From Octopus bimaculoides (Eukaryota), in the NCBI RefSeq assembly GCF_001194135.2, contig NC_069007.1:12784544-12848543 (forward strand): a DNA stretch of 64,000 nt, written 5' to 3'. Below the pieces are notes generated by a model. The model had not been told where the DNA came from, ran no database searches, and was given only the letters and a program-made list of their open reading frames with translations. Below, piece by piece: positions 38,151 to 50,997 of this stretch (its first letter is position 1; each line of letters begins with the position of its first letter). The translations under genes were made by a program, and so were the position numbers.

Positions 38151-40803
38151 GCACTTACATGTTTAACCCTTTCTCTTGAAAAACACTACCTCTACTTCAG
38201 TTAATTTTGAAACTAAAGAATTTGGTATATTAACTTTGTCATTATTAAGCCTATGTTTGGAATATAAATGGACATGAAATTTTGATGGAAGGTTTTAGTT
38301 TTGGTCACTTTAAAATGATGGGCTGGTTATCAAAGGAGTTCGATATATTCAAGTAGTTGTTTACCTCTTGGTCAGTCTTGATCAAAAACACTTATGATGA
38401 AAAGTATTCCAGCCATGACAATCCTGTCTTTTTAAAGCTAGCTACGAATAAATATTATACAATGTCCTTCCCTGCTATTTATAAGGGATATTTAACTTAT
38501 TCCTAATAGGTTGATTGAAAGCATTCCCACCATTTTTCGTTCCATTTCCCACCTCCTGGCAATTTTTCAAAACTAAATTTACCCCACCCACTCTCCTTAC
38601 TTTGCTCAATATGACCTTGCACTTTTATCAAGCTAAAACAACAAACAAAGAGGAAATTTTTAAATAACTGTTTTTCAACATTATTCTTTTAATTACAAAT
38701 AACAATAAAAACAGTCACATCACAATGTTATTACACCTAATAATGACCTAATGAATAGATACCAGAACCAAACACATTCTTCTAAATTAGACTGAATTAA
38801 CAACAGTAATTATGAATTACACAATACAAATTGTTAAATTCTAAGTGAAACAATGACCAGATTTGGTATTCTTTCACAAAACAGGATTACTTCATATTTT
38901 CTCAACATCAAATTTTGAAGAATTATAACCAGAAAAAAAAAAAAAGTACAAATTCAGAACCAGCAAAATTACCTAATGAGAAGGTAAAATTCATCTTAAT
39001 TTCAGAGCCCTAGACGTAGAGGCCTCCCTCTGTGGATCAATTTGGCTTGAGTGTTGGACCAGAGAAATGTACATCATCTTCATCAACATTTAAAGTCCAT
39101 TGTCCATGCTGGCATGAATTGGATGGTTTGACCAGGGCTGGCAAGCTGANNNNNNNNNNAATGCCAACCACTACGTGAGTGTAATGGGTGCTTTTACGTG
39201 CCGCTGGCACGGGTGCTGGTTCATTTCTACTTTAGGCACAAGGCCCGAAATTTTGGGGAAGGGGGCCAGTCAATTAGATCGACCCCAGTACGCAACTGGT
39301 ACTTAATTTATCAACCCCGAAAGGATGAAAGGCAAAGTCAACCTCGGCGGAATTTGAACTCAGAACATAAAGACAGACGAAATACTGCTAAGTATTTCGC
39401 CCGGCGTGCTAACGTTTCTGCCAGCTCACGGGTGCTGGTTGCGTGACACCAGTATCCATCATGACTGATTTCACTTGGCTTGGTGGGTCTTGTACTCAAG
39501 CAAGGCATGTTACTAAAAGGTCTGTCATTTGTGGTTGCCTCCATGAGGCCCAACACTCAAAAGTGGTTTTTACATGCCACCAGCACAAGTGCCAGTTGTG
39601 CAACACTGGCATCAGTCATATTGCCTCCGTGAGGCCCAACACTGTCACCAGCACAGGTGCTACTTGCACGACACCAGCATCAGCCACATTGTTTCCATGA
39701 GGCCCAACACTCAATAGGTGGTTTTTATGTGCCACCAGCATTGGTCATGACAAAGATTTCACTTGGCTTGACAGGTCTTCTCAAGCATGGCATCTCACTA
39801 GTCATTGCCTCCACAAGGCCCAACATTCAGAGATCATGTTTCATCATCTCATCCCGTGTCTTCCTGGGCCTACCACTTCCACAGGTACCCTCCACATAGT
39901 TATGAAGCAAGTTTCTTAAACACACAGCCAAGATGCAGATGTGGTTACATGGTTAAGAAGACTGCTTCCCAGTTATGAGGTGTTCAGTACAGTCCCACTG
40001 CACAGCAACTTGGGCAGGGGGTCTTCTACAGCCCCAGGCTGACCAAAGTCATGTGAGTGGATTTTGTAGATGGAAACTTCCATGAAAAATATTACCTTGC
40101 TTGTAAACAGGTGAGGATTGGCATTAGGAAGGGCATCTGGCTGTAGCAAATCTGCATCACCAAATTCTATCTGACCCATGCAAGCATGGCAGACAGCATG
40201 TTAAATAATGAAGATGATAGCTCTTAAGCAATTTAACAGCCAATTAGCACAACCCAGGAACTGAATATGGTGTCAGACAAAGAATGCCTGAAATAACACA
40301 CAACAACCAATGGAAGAGTTTGTATGTATGTGTTTGTATGTATGTATGTATGTATATTACACACATGTATATGTAAGAGAAGGTGCTGAAAAGTTTCTGA
40401 TTTTAAGGGTATTGTGACAGGCCTGGTTTGAGGCCCAACCTTCCAAGTTCTTTTACAGGGCTGAGAAAAACTGAAGGGCTGCTGCAATAACTGTATGAAT
40501 CTGAAAGGGGAATATGTTGAATAAAATCATAATTAACTGATCTTCCTGCATTTTCTTTTACCCAAAGCCAGGAAGTTTTCAGCCCCACCTCATCCGTGTG
40601 TGTGTGGGGGGGGGTGTAGGCACAGGCATGGGTGTGTAGGCACAGGCATGGGTGTGTAGGCACAGGCATGGCTGTGTGGTAAGAAGCTTGCTTCCCAGCC
40701 ACATGGTTCCTGGTTCAGTCCCACTGTGTGGCACCTTGTGTCTGTATCAACCAAAGACTTGTGAGTGGATTTAGTAGATGGGAACTGAAAGAAGCCTGTC
40801 ATA

Positions 40804-41456
40804 TATTGGGTCATCCCATAAATAATGCAGTTTTTTCAATTGCAAGAACTAAAAGTCAGAGAGAGATGGGATAAACTACCTGCATCAACTTGCTATAAAA
40901 GCAGGTAGTAATTTTGCCTTGGACTTTGATTATAACTGTTGAGGAACTAGCAGAGACTTGGATTTGGTCATTCAACCATCGACACCTGCGTGTCATTGGA
41001 AAAGTCAGCAAATTGGGTCAATGGGTTCCTCACAAACTTTCTGAGTCTAATCACATGCAGGGAGTGAATGTGTGCTCTTCTTTGCTGTCATGTCACATGA
41101 ATGAATCGTTTCGGGGCTGAATAGTGTCTGGTGATGAGAAATGGGTTCTCTATAGAAAAACATCAAGCACCGAAGACAGTGGGTAGGGGCAGGAGAAACA
41201 CTGGCATCCCGGGCGAAAGAAGGTCTTCACCCATTTAGGGTGTTGTTATCTGTTTGGTGGGATATGAAAGGTTTAGTCCACTTTGAACTTTTAAGCCCAA
41301 AGCAAACAATAAAGATCTACTACAAGCAGCTTGATTGGCTTAAGTGGGCACTAAAAGAAAAACGACCATGTTTGGTTTCAAGACGAAAGATGTTCTTCCA
41401 TCAGGATAATGCTCAGCCACACACAGTGAGGATGACATTCCAAAGACTGGAATAGT
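40804..41456 (+). mobile_element. mariner (Mos1/Hsmar-type) transposon relic, 3'-truncated
   Basis: Starts with a TA and the TIR-like TTGGGTCATCCCATAAATAATGCAGTTTTT. Frameshifted motifs follow: GKVSKLGQWVPHKLS, GDEKWVLY, MLLSVWWDMKGLVHFELL and FHQDNAQPH. Confidence 0.92.
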
Positions 41457-44400
41457 CAATACATTTGACTAAAAATTCAAGGCAGTGCCCCAACATGGCC
41501 ACAGTCTAAAGAATGAAACAAGTAAAAGGTAAAAGATATATAGATACACACATATACAAACTTAAAAAAAAAAAGACAATCAGCAGTACATACCAAATCA
41601 AACACAGCAGCTGTCTTCAAGAAGATCAAATGTTAGCTAAAGCTTTTAAAGGCATCTGAAACATTGGAAAATATAAATAATTATTAGTGACAGAAGCAGT
41701 ATTAATATCAAAAGGCAATATTTATATCCAACTTAACATGGATGTTGTGTTAGAACACCAAATACTGCATTATTTACCGAGAGAGAACCTCTCATACAGA
41801 CCCTTGGTGCATAAAAGCACTCATGTCTATATCATTGGCAAACGAGAATCATCTGCTGCAGCCGCTGGAAACTGCAAGTGATTGTCTGTCAATGATAGGA
41901 GTGCTTTTATGCACCGCAAGTTTATACAAGAGGTTCTCTCTAAGTAAATAATGCAGCATTTAGTGATCTGACAAAGCATTCACATTAAGTTGGACATAAA
42001 GGTTGCCTTTCATAAATATATTTATGTATAGGCACAGACGTAGCTGTGTGGTAAGAAGCTTGCTTTCCAACCACATGTTTCTGGGTTCAGTCCCACTGTA
42101 TGACACTTTGGACAAGTGTTTTCTACTATAGCCTTGGGCCAACCAAAGCTTTGTGAGTGGATTTGGTAGACAGAAACTGAGAGAAGCTTGTCATATATAT
42201 ATGTATGTGTTTGTGTGTCTGTGTTTGTTTCCCCACCATCGCTTGACAACTGATGTTGGTGTGTTCACATCCCCATAACTTAGCAGTTTGGCAGAAGGGT
42301 CTGATAAAATAAGCACTAGGCTTACAAAGAATAAGTCCTGGGGTCATTTTGTTCAATTAAAGGCGGTGCTCCAGCATGGCTGCAGTCAAATGACTGAAAN
42401 NNNNNNNNNNNNNNNNNNNNNNNNNNNNNNNNNNNNNNNNNNNNNNNNNNNNNNNNNNNNNNNNNNNNNNNNNNNNNATATATATACACACACACACACT
42501 TTTATCATAATTATTCTTTATCTGAAGAATTTCTAATAGGAACTATAAATAGCAATATGACCCAGTGGATACAGTTATTAAAATACTAGTTTACTAGTTC
42601 ATCATCATCTCCATTTAACATCTGTTGTCCATGCAGGCATAGGTTGGATGGTTTAACAGGAACTGTTATGCCAGAAGACTGTACCAAGCACTGTCTGTTT
42701 TGGCCTGGTTTCTACAGCAGGATGCCCTTCCTAATGCCAAACACTTTACAGAGTGAACTGGGTGCTTTTTAATGTTGCACCAGTGAGGTCACCAATTAAC
42801 TCACAACACAAGACCCTTCAACTGAAAGAGAGAGCAGCACAAGAGGCGCCTTTGTGCCAGGTGATGAGAAGGTACAGATTCGGGTGTCATGCTGTAGAGG
42901 AGATATATGGCTGCCTCAGTTAGAAAGAGAGGGGAGGAGAGAGGTATTAGTTCATGTTCATTCTGGGAGTAGTATTTCAGTGTTCTTGTCAAACACTGGA
43001 TTCCATGTCATATTTACTGAGATGTTGAGTTAATAAAGGGAACGTGTGCATAGTCACTCAACATGCTTGAAATGGCAACTAAAAATCTTTCAAATAAAAT
43101 TCGGCCATTTTGAAATACAAAAGGCCATGGATAATATAATCTTGGATACAAGGTCTGAAAAGAAAAGACTGTGTGGTCACACCAGGTACAGGTTTGAGCA
43201 TTGATTTGTAGGATCAAAAGAGACCTGGATTTGAACAACAACATCTAAATATTCTCTAAGGTTTCAAGAACAAAAGCTCAAATAATCTCCAAGATCCCAG
43301 TGTATTACAGGTAACCAACGACTTGCTAAACTGACATAAACACTCAAATCAATTAACTTGTGCATAAAAATCAGATTTGGGCTTCGTTTTCTTCAGTCAA
43401 GAAGAGCATCTTCATGATTAACACCTCATCTCCCATCAAACCTGTCAATACATCAAATAAACTGTATATATAGCATCATATAAGGCAATGTGTTCGAGGC
43501 TGGTGTTGCATAACTAGTACCCATACCAGTGGCACATAGAAAGCACCTTTAGGGCGTTGAGCTTCACGGAGGCAATGACAAATGACTGAGACCTTCAGCA
43601 ATATGCCGTGCTTGAGTAAAAGACCCATCAAGCCAAGTGAAATCATAGTTGTGGCAGATACCAGAGTCACGCAACTGGCAGCCATGCCAGTAACACATAA
43701 AAAGCACATAACAAGCACTTGTTACACTCTCGGTGCGGTTGACATTAGGAAGGGCGTCCAGCCATAGAAATCATGCTAAATCAGACTGGAGTCTGGTGCA
43801 GCCCTGATCAAATCGTTCAACCCATGCCAGCATGGACAACAGATATTAAATGACAATGATGAGATATAAGCAAAACACAGGCGTGCGACCGAGTTGAAGG
43901 CAGATTTACTTCTGCCTTTATAGCATGTAAAGAAAACAGAGTTGTAGGAGTGTACACATCACATGTACTACAGCAGTATTATGCGTAGCTTAAATACCAA
44001 GACTGAAAAGCAGGTGCAAATTATGCCTACCTAATCTACAAAAAAAAAAATCAAATATTTTGCATTTTATGCATAGTAATGAGAGTAACCTTCATAATTT
44101 TATTGAATTAGGTGCATATTTTGCCATAAAAGGGAAATGTTGCTATAAATCTATTTTATTCAAGGTAGGTGGTGCCTACCTTACCTACCCAAGCGGCACG
44201 TCCCTGATATACACACACACACACAAAGTAAGCACTTAAATGCAAAACAAGGTGGAAAAAAATATTACTTGAATACCAAAAGGCAGAGTTCCATGCTTTT
44301 ATTAAAGCTGGAAAAAATCTTGGCAAACTGCTACTAAGAGTTTCCGGTTACCATTCATTAGGCAGAATGATCACGACTCTCCAACAAATGTGAAACTGAG

Positions 44401-45499
44401 GAACAGCTTGTGAAGAATTTTTTAGCTTTTATAAGGCAACAGCACAAAAAGAAAACACATGTGAGACAAAATTTAAGTTTAAAACTTAAAAAGGGAACCT
44501 GACGTTTTGGATGCTAATTCTTCGTCAGGAGAAAGAGAAGTAAAAAATAAAGAGAATGAGAAAAGGTGAAGCAAAGTAGATAGAGGTCAGGTGGGAATAC
44601 GATTCTATGGGAGGAATTAAGAAGGGGGGAGGGGTATACGTGTAGAGATGGATGTGGGAGAGGTCTGGTTGTGCAGATTTTTAGGGTGTGTATGGTTTCT
44701 TGGGGCGTATGTAGTTGTGTGGAGGCATATAGTGTCCGTAAACTTGTCAAAGATGTACGTGAATGATTTCCAGTAGAAACCAGAAAGGACTGCATAGAGA
44801 CAATAACATCGATGTCTCACATACACACATGACTGTGCAAAAACTGCTAACAAGCCCAGGCCAGATGTGAAATATATACCCTTAAATATAGATCAACTGA
44901 TAATTTGGTCCATGGCAAAATGTGATATGAAGACACCCCCATTCAAACAATTCAAGTATCTTAAATTTTTAAAATGCTGGATGACTGATGTATCTGTGAG
45001 TCTTTACCTGTTTCAATCATTGGACTGCGGACATGCTGAAGCGCTACTTTGAAGGGTTTAGCTGAACAAATCAACCCCAGTACTTTTTTTTGCTTCAAAA
45101 GCCTGGTACTTATTCTTTCGGTCATTTTTAGCCGAACCGCTAAGTTACGGGGACGTAAGTCAACTAACAGCAGTTGTCATGCGGTGGTGGACAAATACAC
45201 ACGCACACATGCAACAGGTTCTTCTAGTTTGTCTAATAAATCCATTCACAAAGCTTTGATTGCTTCGGGGATATAATAGAAGACTCCTGCCCCAGGTGCC
45301 ATGCAGTAGGACTGAACCCTAAACTACGTAGTTGGTAAGCAAACATCTTACCATGAAGCCACACCTATCTCTAAGCAGTGTAGATAATGTATCTACAAGA
45401 GAACGAAATGAAAGAACAAGTATGATCATAATCCGTTACGTGAGAGCTCCCTATAGCTTCTTGTCATTGGGAGATTTCCTTAAAAGTGAAGCACCTTAC

Positions 45500-45560
45500 C
45501 ATCTGGCCTAGCTGGACCGTAACCCTTTACAAGGGCCAGTTATGTGATGCAATCCTTCAT
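45500..45560 (-). other. Candidate upstream USP20/33 exon ending in ATG|GTAAGG (5' boundary unknown)
   Basis: The minus strand reads ...GCTAGGCCAG ATG|GTAAGG, a good donor. Splicing to 35097 would put this ATG in frame with the 24 open nt before the ATG at 35073. There is no transcript evidence. Confidence 0.3.
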
Positions 45561-45907
45561 ATTACATAAGGCGTGGATAACTTTTAAGTAGCAGTAAGCT
45601 TTAATTAAACTGCTCATTCATCCTCGTCGTTAATCATCCACGCCATTATTAAAACAGTAATTCTCTAAGTACAGAGTAAGTCTTAACAACATTTACTCAA
45701 CCAGAGAGAAATCGGGAGCGAATGAGGAAGAGAGAGAGAATTGTTCATATTAACAGGGATATGCCTAAAGATTTGTGGAATTTTAGCTAAAAACAAAAGT
45801 GATGTTTACGATTTATAAGCATGACCTTTCGCAGGCCACACAGAAAGTCATTAAGAGCCACACGCGACCCTAATATTGGTCCATGCTCGAGATGTAGATT
45901 ATATACA

Positions 45908-46090
45908 CGGCGCTAATGCATCATATACACAAACTCAGCGTTAATGCATTATATACACCATATAAACGGCGTTAATGTATTATATACACCACAGAGTCAA
46001 TGTATTAGATATACATACAGCGTTAATGTCTCATACACCATGTACATGGTCAATGCATTATATACACCATATATACAGTGCTAATGCATA
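45908..46090. repeat. Degenerate ~30-bp minisatellite
   Basis: About 6 copies of the approximate unit GCGTTAATGCATTATATACACCATATA(AAC). Confidence 0.75.
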
Positions 46091-46698
46091 GTTGATGACA
46101 TTAAAACATCAAACTACATACATTGCTAATACAAACAGACCATCCGAATATAGCTTATACATATACTGTATATACATCGTCAATATATCAAAAGTAGTGT
46201 ATCGCACCACATATACCATACATTAACTATATAGCGTATACACATGGTCAATGCATCATGTTTAATATGCTTGTAAATCAATATCGCATATGCAATCATA
46301 CATATACGCCGTTGAAACATGAAATATATTGGACATACGTTAATACATCACACACACACAGACAGCTAGATAGATAGATAGATGTACACACACACATCAT
46401 TAATAAATTTAAATATACAGTATAAACATCAACATTTGAAAAACAAAATATAAAATATATAATGGATGTGCGAGTATGTGTGTATATATATATTCAATAC
46501 TTTACTGCTCTATACTTTAAGAGTATATATATATGATACATTGACAATCAATATTATATATATATAGATACACACACACACACACACACACATGGTCAAT
46601 AGGCCTACATCAAAAATAACATACATTCATTGTTAGTATATCAAATACATTGGACAAATATTGTTAATTCATCAGATATATACACAATATATATATAT

Positions 46699-46754
<56 letters not shown>

Positions 46755-47938
46755 GCACATACAAAAACACATACACACTCAGCAATGTATATGTTAGTCT
46801 GATGACCGTTAACTGACCCTTCGGCCCCTCCTTCCATTGGCCGTGTACTGTGTCTTGTGTCTGTCCGAAAACCTCTTTTGACCAACACAAATATATTCAC
46901 ACTGACCACTCTCGTGTATATAATAAATAATAGGTACAAGAATGCTTGGCCAAAAATAGAAACCTTAACAAACATAACGCACCATAACAAATCATGTTAA
47001 AGATTGAGATAAGGAAACAAAAGAAGAAATCGGAAAGGAATTAAATTTACCTGAAATAAAACCAAAGAATTCGAACAGAAAAACCTGCAGCAATGAACGA
47101 GGTGATGATGGGGGGGAGCAAAATAAAGGCCCTTTTCGTAATATAGCAGCTGTTAATTTAAGGTTTAAATAGCCTAAGATCGTCTATAGAGACATATATA
47201 GTTTGATGTTATATATTTATATACATATGTATATAAATATAAGTCATAAGCCAGTAGCATTCATTGTCCAAGACATGGACCTTGTTTGAAACGAGGAACA
47301 GTACTAATAAATAAATAAATTTTTTTCGATATTTTCAATCTTATTTTTTTTAACTAGTGATATAATATATACAAGTATTTTGATAAATGAAACAGTAATT
47401 TTTGATTAATTTTTAAAATATCATTTGAAAAAAAATTATTATTATTAATATTAATGAATAAAGATTCAAAGCAAGTTCGGTAATATGAAAGCATCAGAAA
47501 TAATTACGTAAATGCACGACGCCTGAGTTAACATTCATTGACGGAAAATTACGGAGATTACCGAACACTTTAATTTTTATCTATCCATTTTTATGCAGTT
47601 TTTTATATTTTCGGAACCTAATTAATGTTGTATAATTAGTGATATATAATTAATGTTAGCCTATTTCTGTTGTCGTTGTTGTTGTTTTTATTTTTAGCGG
47701 ATAGATGGATTTTTTTGTTGTTGTTATTGGTAAATGTACTTGTAAGAATCGATTAAATTTTTGGTAATAAATTTTCAATATATCACCACGGCTACTATTA
47801 CTACAGATGTATCAATACTACTATGACAAATTAGGATGCTACTATTTTCCATAAATGTATTATTTCGCGGAATCCTATACGTAGCCACTTGACCTGCTAG
47901 AAATAGTAACTAAATCTCCCTCTAATCAAGCACCTACT

Positions 47939-48349
47939 CAGAGCCTGATTTAGACCCTGTGGGGTCTCTGGTTCAATAGGTTTTGGCAAAGGCTTTACGA
48001 TGACAATTCAAAACATGAGATAATATAGAGATCCCCATTAAATTTAGTAGTTGCAAACAGTTTGAAGAGGCCCCAAAACTTAAAAGGACTTCAGTACATT
48101 AAGAGGGGCTCAGTTAAATTTAATAGCTTGTTAAATCTATAAGGGCTCAGTAATTTTATAAGAAGTCGATTGGATTAAAAAATATCTTAAAATTAAAATT
48201 ACAAACTATTTGATTACTGTAAATATATTATTTTTAATTTTCAACTCACTAAAGGGTTCTGTGAGTTAAATGGAGGTTCCAATACTCAGGGACCCCTAAG
48301 CTTGGAGGCTTCTGGGCTATGGCCCATGTTATATGTAAATCTTGCCCTA
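47939..48349. mobile_element. Degenerate hAT-like MITE
   Basis: Ends CAGAGCCTGATTTA and TAAATCTTGCCCTA, internal GGGCCCC-type motifs, and an 8-bp TSD CACCTACT / CACATACT. Confidence 0.55.
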
Positions 48350-49809
48350 CACATACTGTCTTAAATAAATAGATACACCTCACATTTTTCTGTTTGAATT
48401 TCTGAGATATTATCATTATTAGACACAAATGCAGGCAGAGACCTGGCAGAATTGTTAGCACAATGGGCGAAATGCTTTGTGGTATTTCGTCCGACTTTAC
48501 ATTCTGAGTTCAGATTCTGCCAAGGTTGTCTTTGCCTTTCATCCTTTTTGGGGGGGTCGATAAATTAAGTATCAGTGAAACACTGGGGTCGATTAAATCG
48601 ATTAGTCCCTCCCACCAAATTTCAGCCCTTGTGCCTATAGTAAAAAGGATTATTAGACACAGATGCAAAATCTTTGGTGGTATTCCGTCTGTCTTTAGGT
48701 TCTGAGTTCAAATTCTGCTGGAGTTCACTTTGCTTTCATCCTTTCGGAGTCAATAAAATAAGTACCAGTTGAACACTGGTGTCGATGTAATTGACATATT
48801 ACCTCCCCTGAACTTACTGGCCTTGTGCAAAAATTTGAAACCATTATTAGACACAGATAAGGTGGTAAGCTGGCAGAATTATTAGCATGCCAGATGAAAT
48901 GCTTAGTGGCATTTCATCCATCTGTATGTTTTGAGTTCAAATGCTGCTGAGGTCAACTTAGCCTTTCATCCTTGCAGAGTCAGTAAAACAAGTACCAGTT
49001 GAGTAAAGGAGTCAATGTATTCAACTAAAAAAACTCCTGCAAAATTTCAGACCTTGTGCCTGTAGTAGAAAGGATTGTCCTCATTTTGGTGGTTATAGAT
49101 GCAAAATTTGGGCCAATGTACCTTCCAGCCCTGTTCAGGTTATATTTTTGGGGTTTTGAACCAAGTACGGACAGCAGAATGAGAACACTCTATTGTTGTA
49201 GATTTAATAAAGGGTTGTGTTTGAAATTCCAAGGATGTTACTGAATACAACAGGCACTTGAAGAAGGGAAGTGAGTACTATGGGGTTTTGAATTTTGATA
49301 CTGGCAATTTTTGGAGAAGGTGGTGGGTTAGTGCTTTTTTGCATGTTACCAGTGCTAGTGATGTTGTCATGTAATTTGCAAGACAGGAGGGAACAGAGGG
49401 AGTGGAAAAGGTAAAAAAAAAACTCTCACTACTAAAAGGAAGTATTTAGGAGGGGAAGGGGAAAGTGGAGATTGGGTGGCTTTATGCCAAATGTTGAAAG
49501 GTTAAAGTATGTTATGAGGACAAGCACAGATGTCTTACTAGAGAGGAGATACATGGCTGAATAGGAAGATAGTGATAAGATACAAGAACAAACTCTCAAA
49601 GAGCAAGAAGATGAACATAGGAGAGGATGTGGACAGTGGGTTTTGGGAGGGGTTCGAAAAGAGATAGATGCTTTTGTTTGAGGGTGAGTGAGGAGTGGAG
49701 GTTAAGGTAATGAGTTATGAACAAGGATAGGGATGCAGGTGATGGTAAATGTGCAGGAACAGTTAGGACAAAGAATGTACAAAGAAAAGACTTCCTCAAA
49801 TGCTTGGTG

Positions 49810-50110
49810 GGTGAGTGGGGGGGGGGTCCTTAGAAATAGTAGATAGCTTCTGCTACCTAGGTGACCAAGTTAGCAGTGAAGGAGGAAGTTCTGAAAGCAT
49901 AGTTGCTGGACTGAGAACTGGCTGGGCAAAGTTCAGAAAGCTTTGGTAACAGACGCCTCTCCCTGAGAGCGAAAGGTGAAGTCTGTGTATGGACAGCCAT
50001 GCTACATGGCTGTGAAACATGGGCTGTGACTACAAAGGACATGCGAAGGCTTGAAAGAAATGCAGCTAGCATGCTCTGCTGGATGGGTAATGTCAGTGTG
50101 CACATATGAC
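49810..50110 (+). mobile_element. RTE LINE ORF C-terminal fragment
   Basis: LEIVDSFCYLGDQVSSEGGSSESIVAGLRTGWAKFRKL...AMLHGCETWAVTTKDMRRLERNAASMLCWM. Confidence 0.85.
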
Positions 50111-50288
50111 ACAGTGTAAATGAGAAATCTGACTGCTATCTCTAACAGGTCAAGCGAGCCACTGCATAGGCTGTAAGACTGGCATGGGTAGCCTTTTTCT
50201 AGAAGCAGGCTACACGAGATATAAGTCATCATTAGGTGGGCTGCACGACTTAAATATTGAAGGTAAGTTTTCGTTTAGGTGTACTATA

Positions 50289-50660
50289 GGCGCAGGAGTG
50301 GCTGTGCGGTAAGTAGCTTGATTACCAACCACATGGTTCCGGGTTCAGTCCTACTGCGTGACACCTTGGGCAAGTGTCTTCTACTATAGCCTTGGGCTAG
50401 CCAAAGTCTTGTGAGTGGATTTGGTAGACGGAAACTGAAAGAAGCCCGTCGTATATATGTATATATATATATGTATGTGTGTCTGTGTTTGTCCCCCAAC
50501 ATCGCTTGACAACCGTGCCCGTAACCTAGCGGATCGGCAAAAAGAGACCGATAGAATAAGTACTAGGCTTATAAGTCATTGTGGTCGATTTGCTCGACTA
50601 AAGGCGGTGCTCCAGCATGGCCGCAGTCAAATGACTGAAACAAGTAAAAGAGTAAAAGAG
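50289..50660 (+). mobile_element. tRNA-derived SINE family B with a MIR/CORE-like CCTTGGGCAAG segment, full-length young copy (others at 31766-32133, 42025-42399, 21160-21487, 51740-52087)
   Basis: GGCGCAGGAGTGGCTGTGCGGTAAG...GGTTCAGTCC...CACCTTGGGCAAGTG, an internal (TA/TG)n tract, and the tail GAAACAAGTAAAAGAGTAAAAGAG. Confidence 0.85.
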
Positions 50661-50664
50661 TATG

Positions 50665-50830
50665 CAGAAAGTACCGCGGGTCACAGGTTTCCCATGACTG
50701 CCCTAAAATTGGGAGCGTTTACATTATCTCCCTTGGATGTTAGGCGGAAGTGACATTAAAAGAACGGCGCGGATTCTGTTTTATAAATATTGTTTAAGCA
50801 GAGTGAGAGGTGGCGGTACGGTGATCGATA
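50665..50830 (+). promoter_or_regulatory. Putative promoter and first non-coding exon of BBIP1/ANAPC5
   Basis: A locally CpG-enriched, non-repeat patch containing the ETS/GABP-type motif GGCGGAAGTG at 50743-50752. Candidate donors are AGA|GTGAGA (50803) and GCG|GTACGG (50816). Confidence 0.5.
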
Positions 50831-50997
50831 GATTTTGTGCTTAATAGGATTAGTATGTTAAACTAAGTATTGGGTAAACACAAGGAGATATATAAAGCAA
50901 AGCTGTCTTACGACACAGTTTCTTCAACTACAAGACCAATCATGTATTTGTTGTCTTAAACTATAATTGGGGTTTAAAGCAGTTATTTTTCTTGTAG

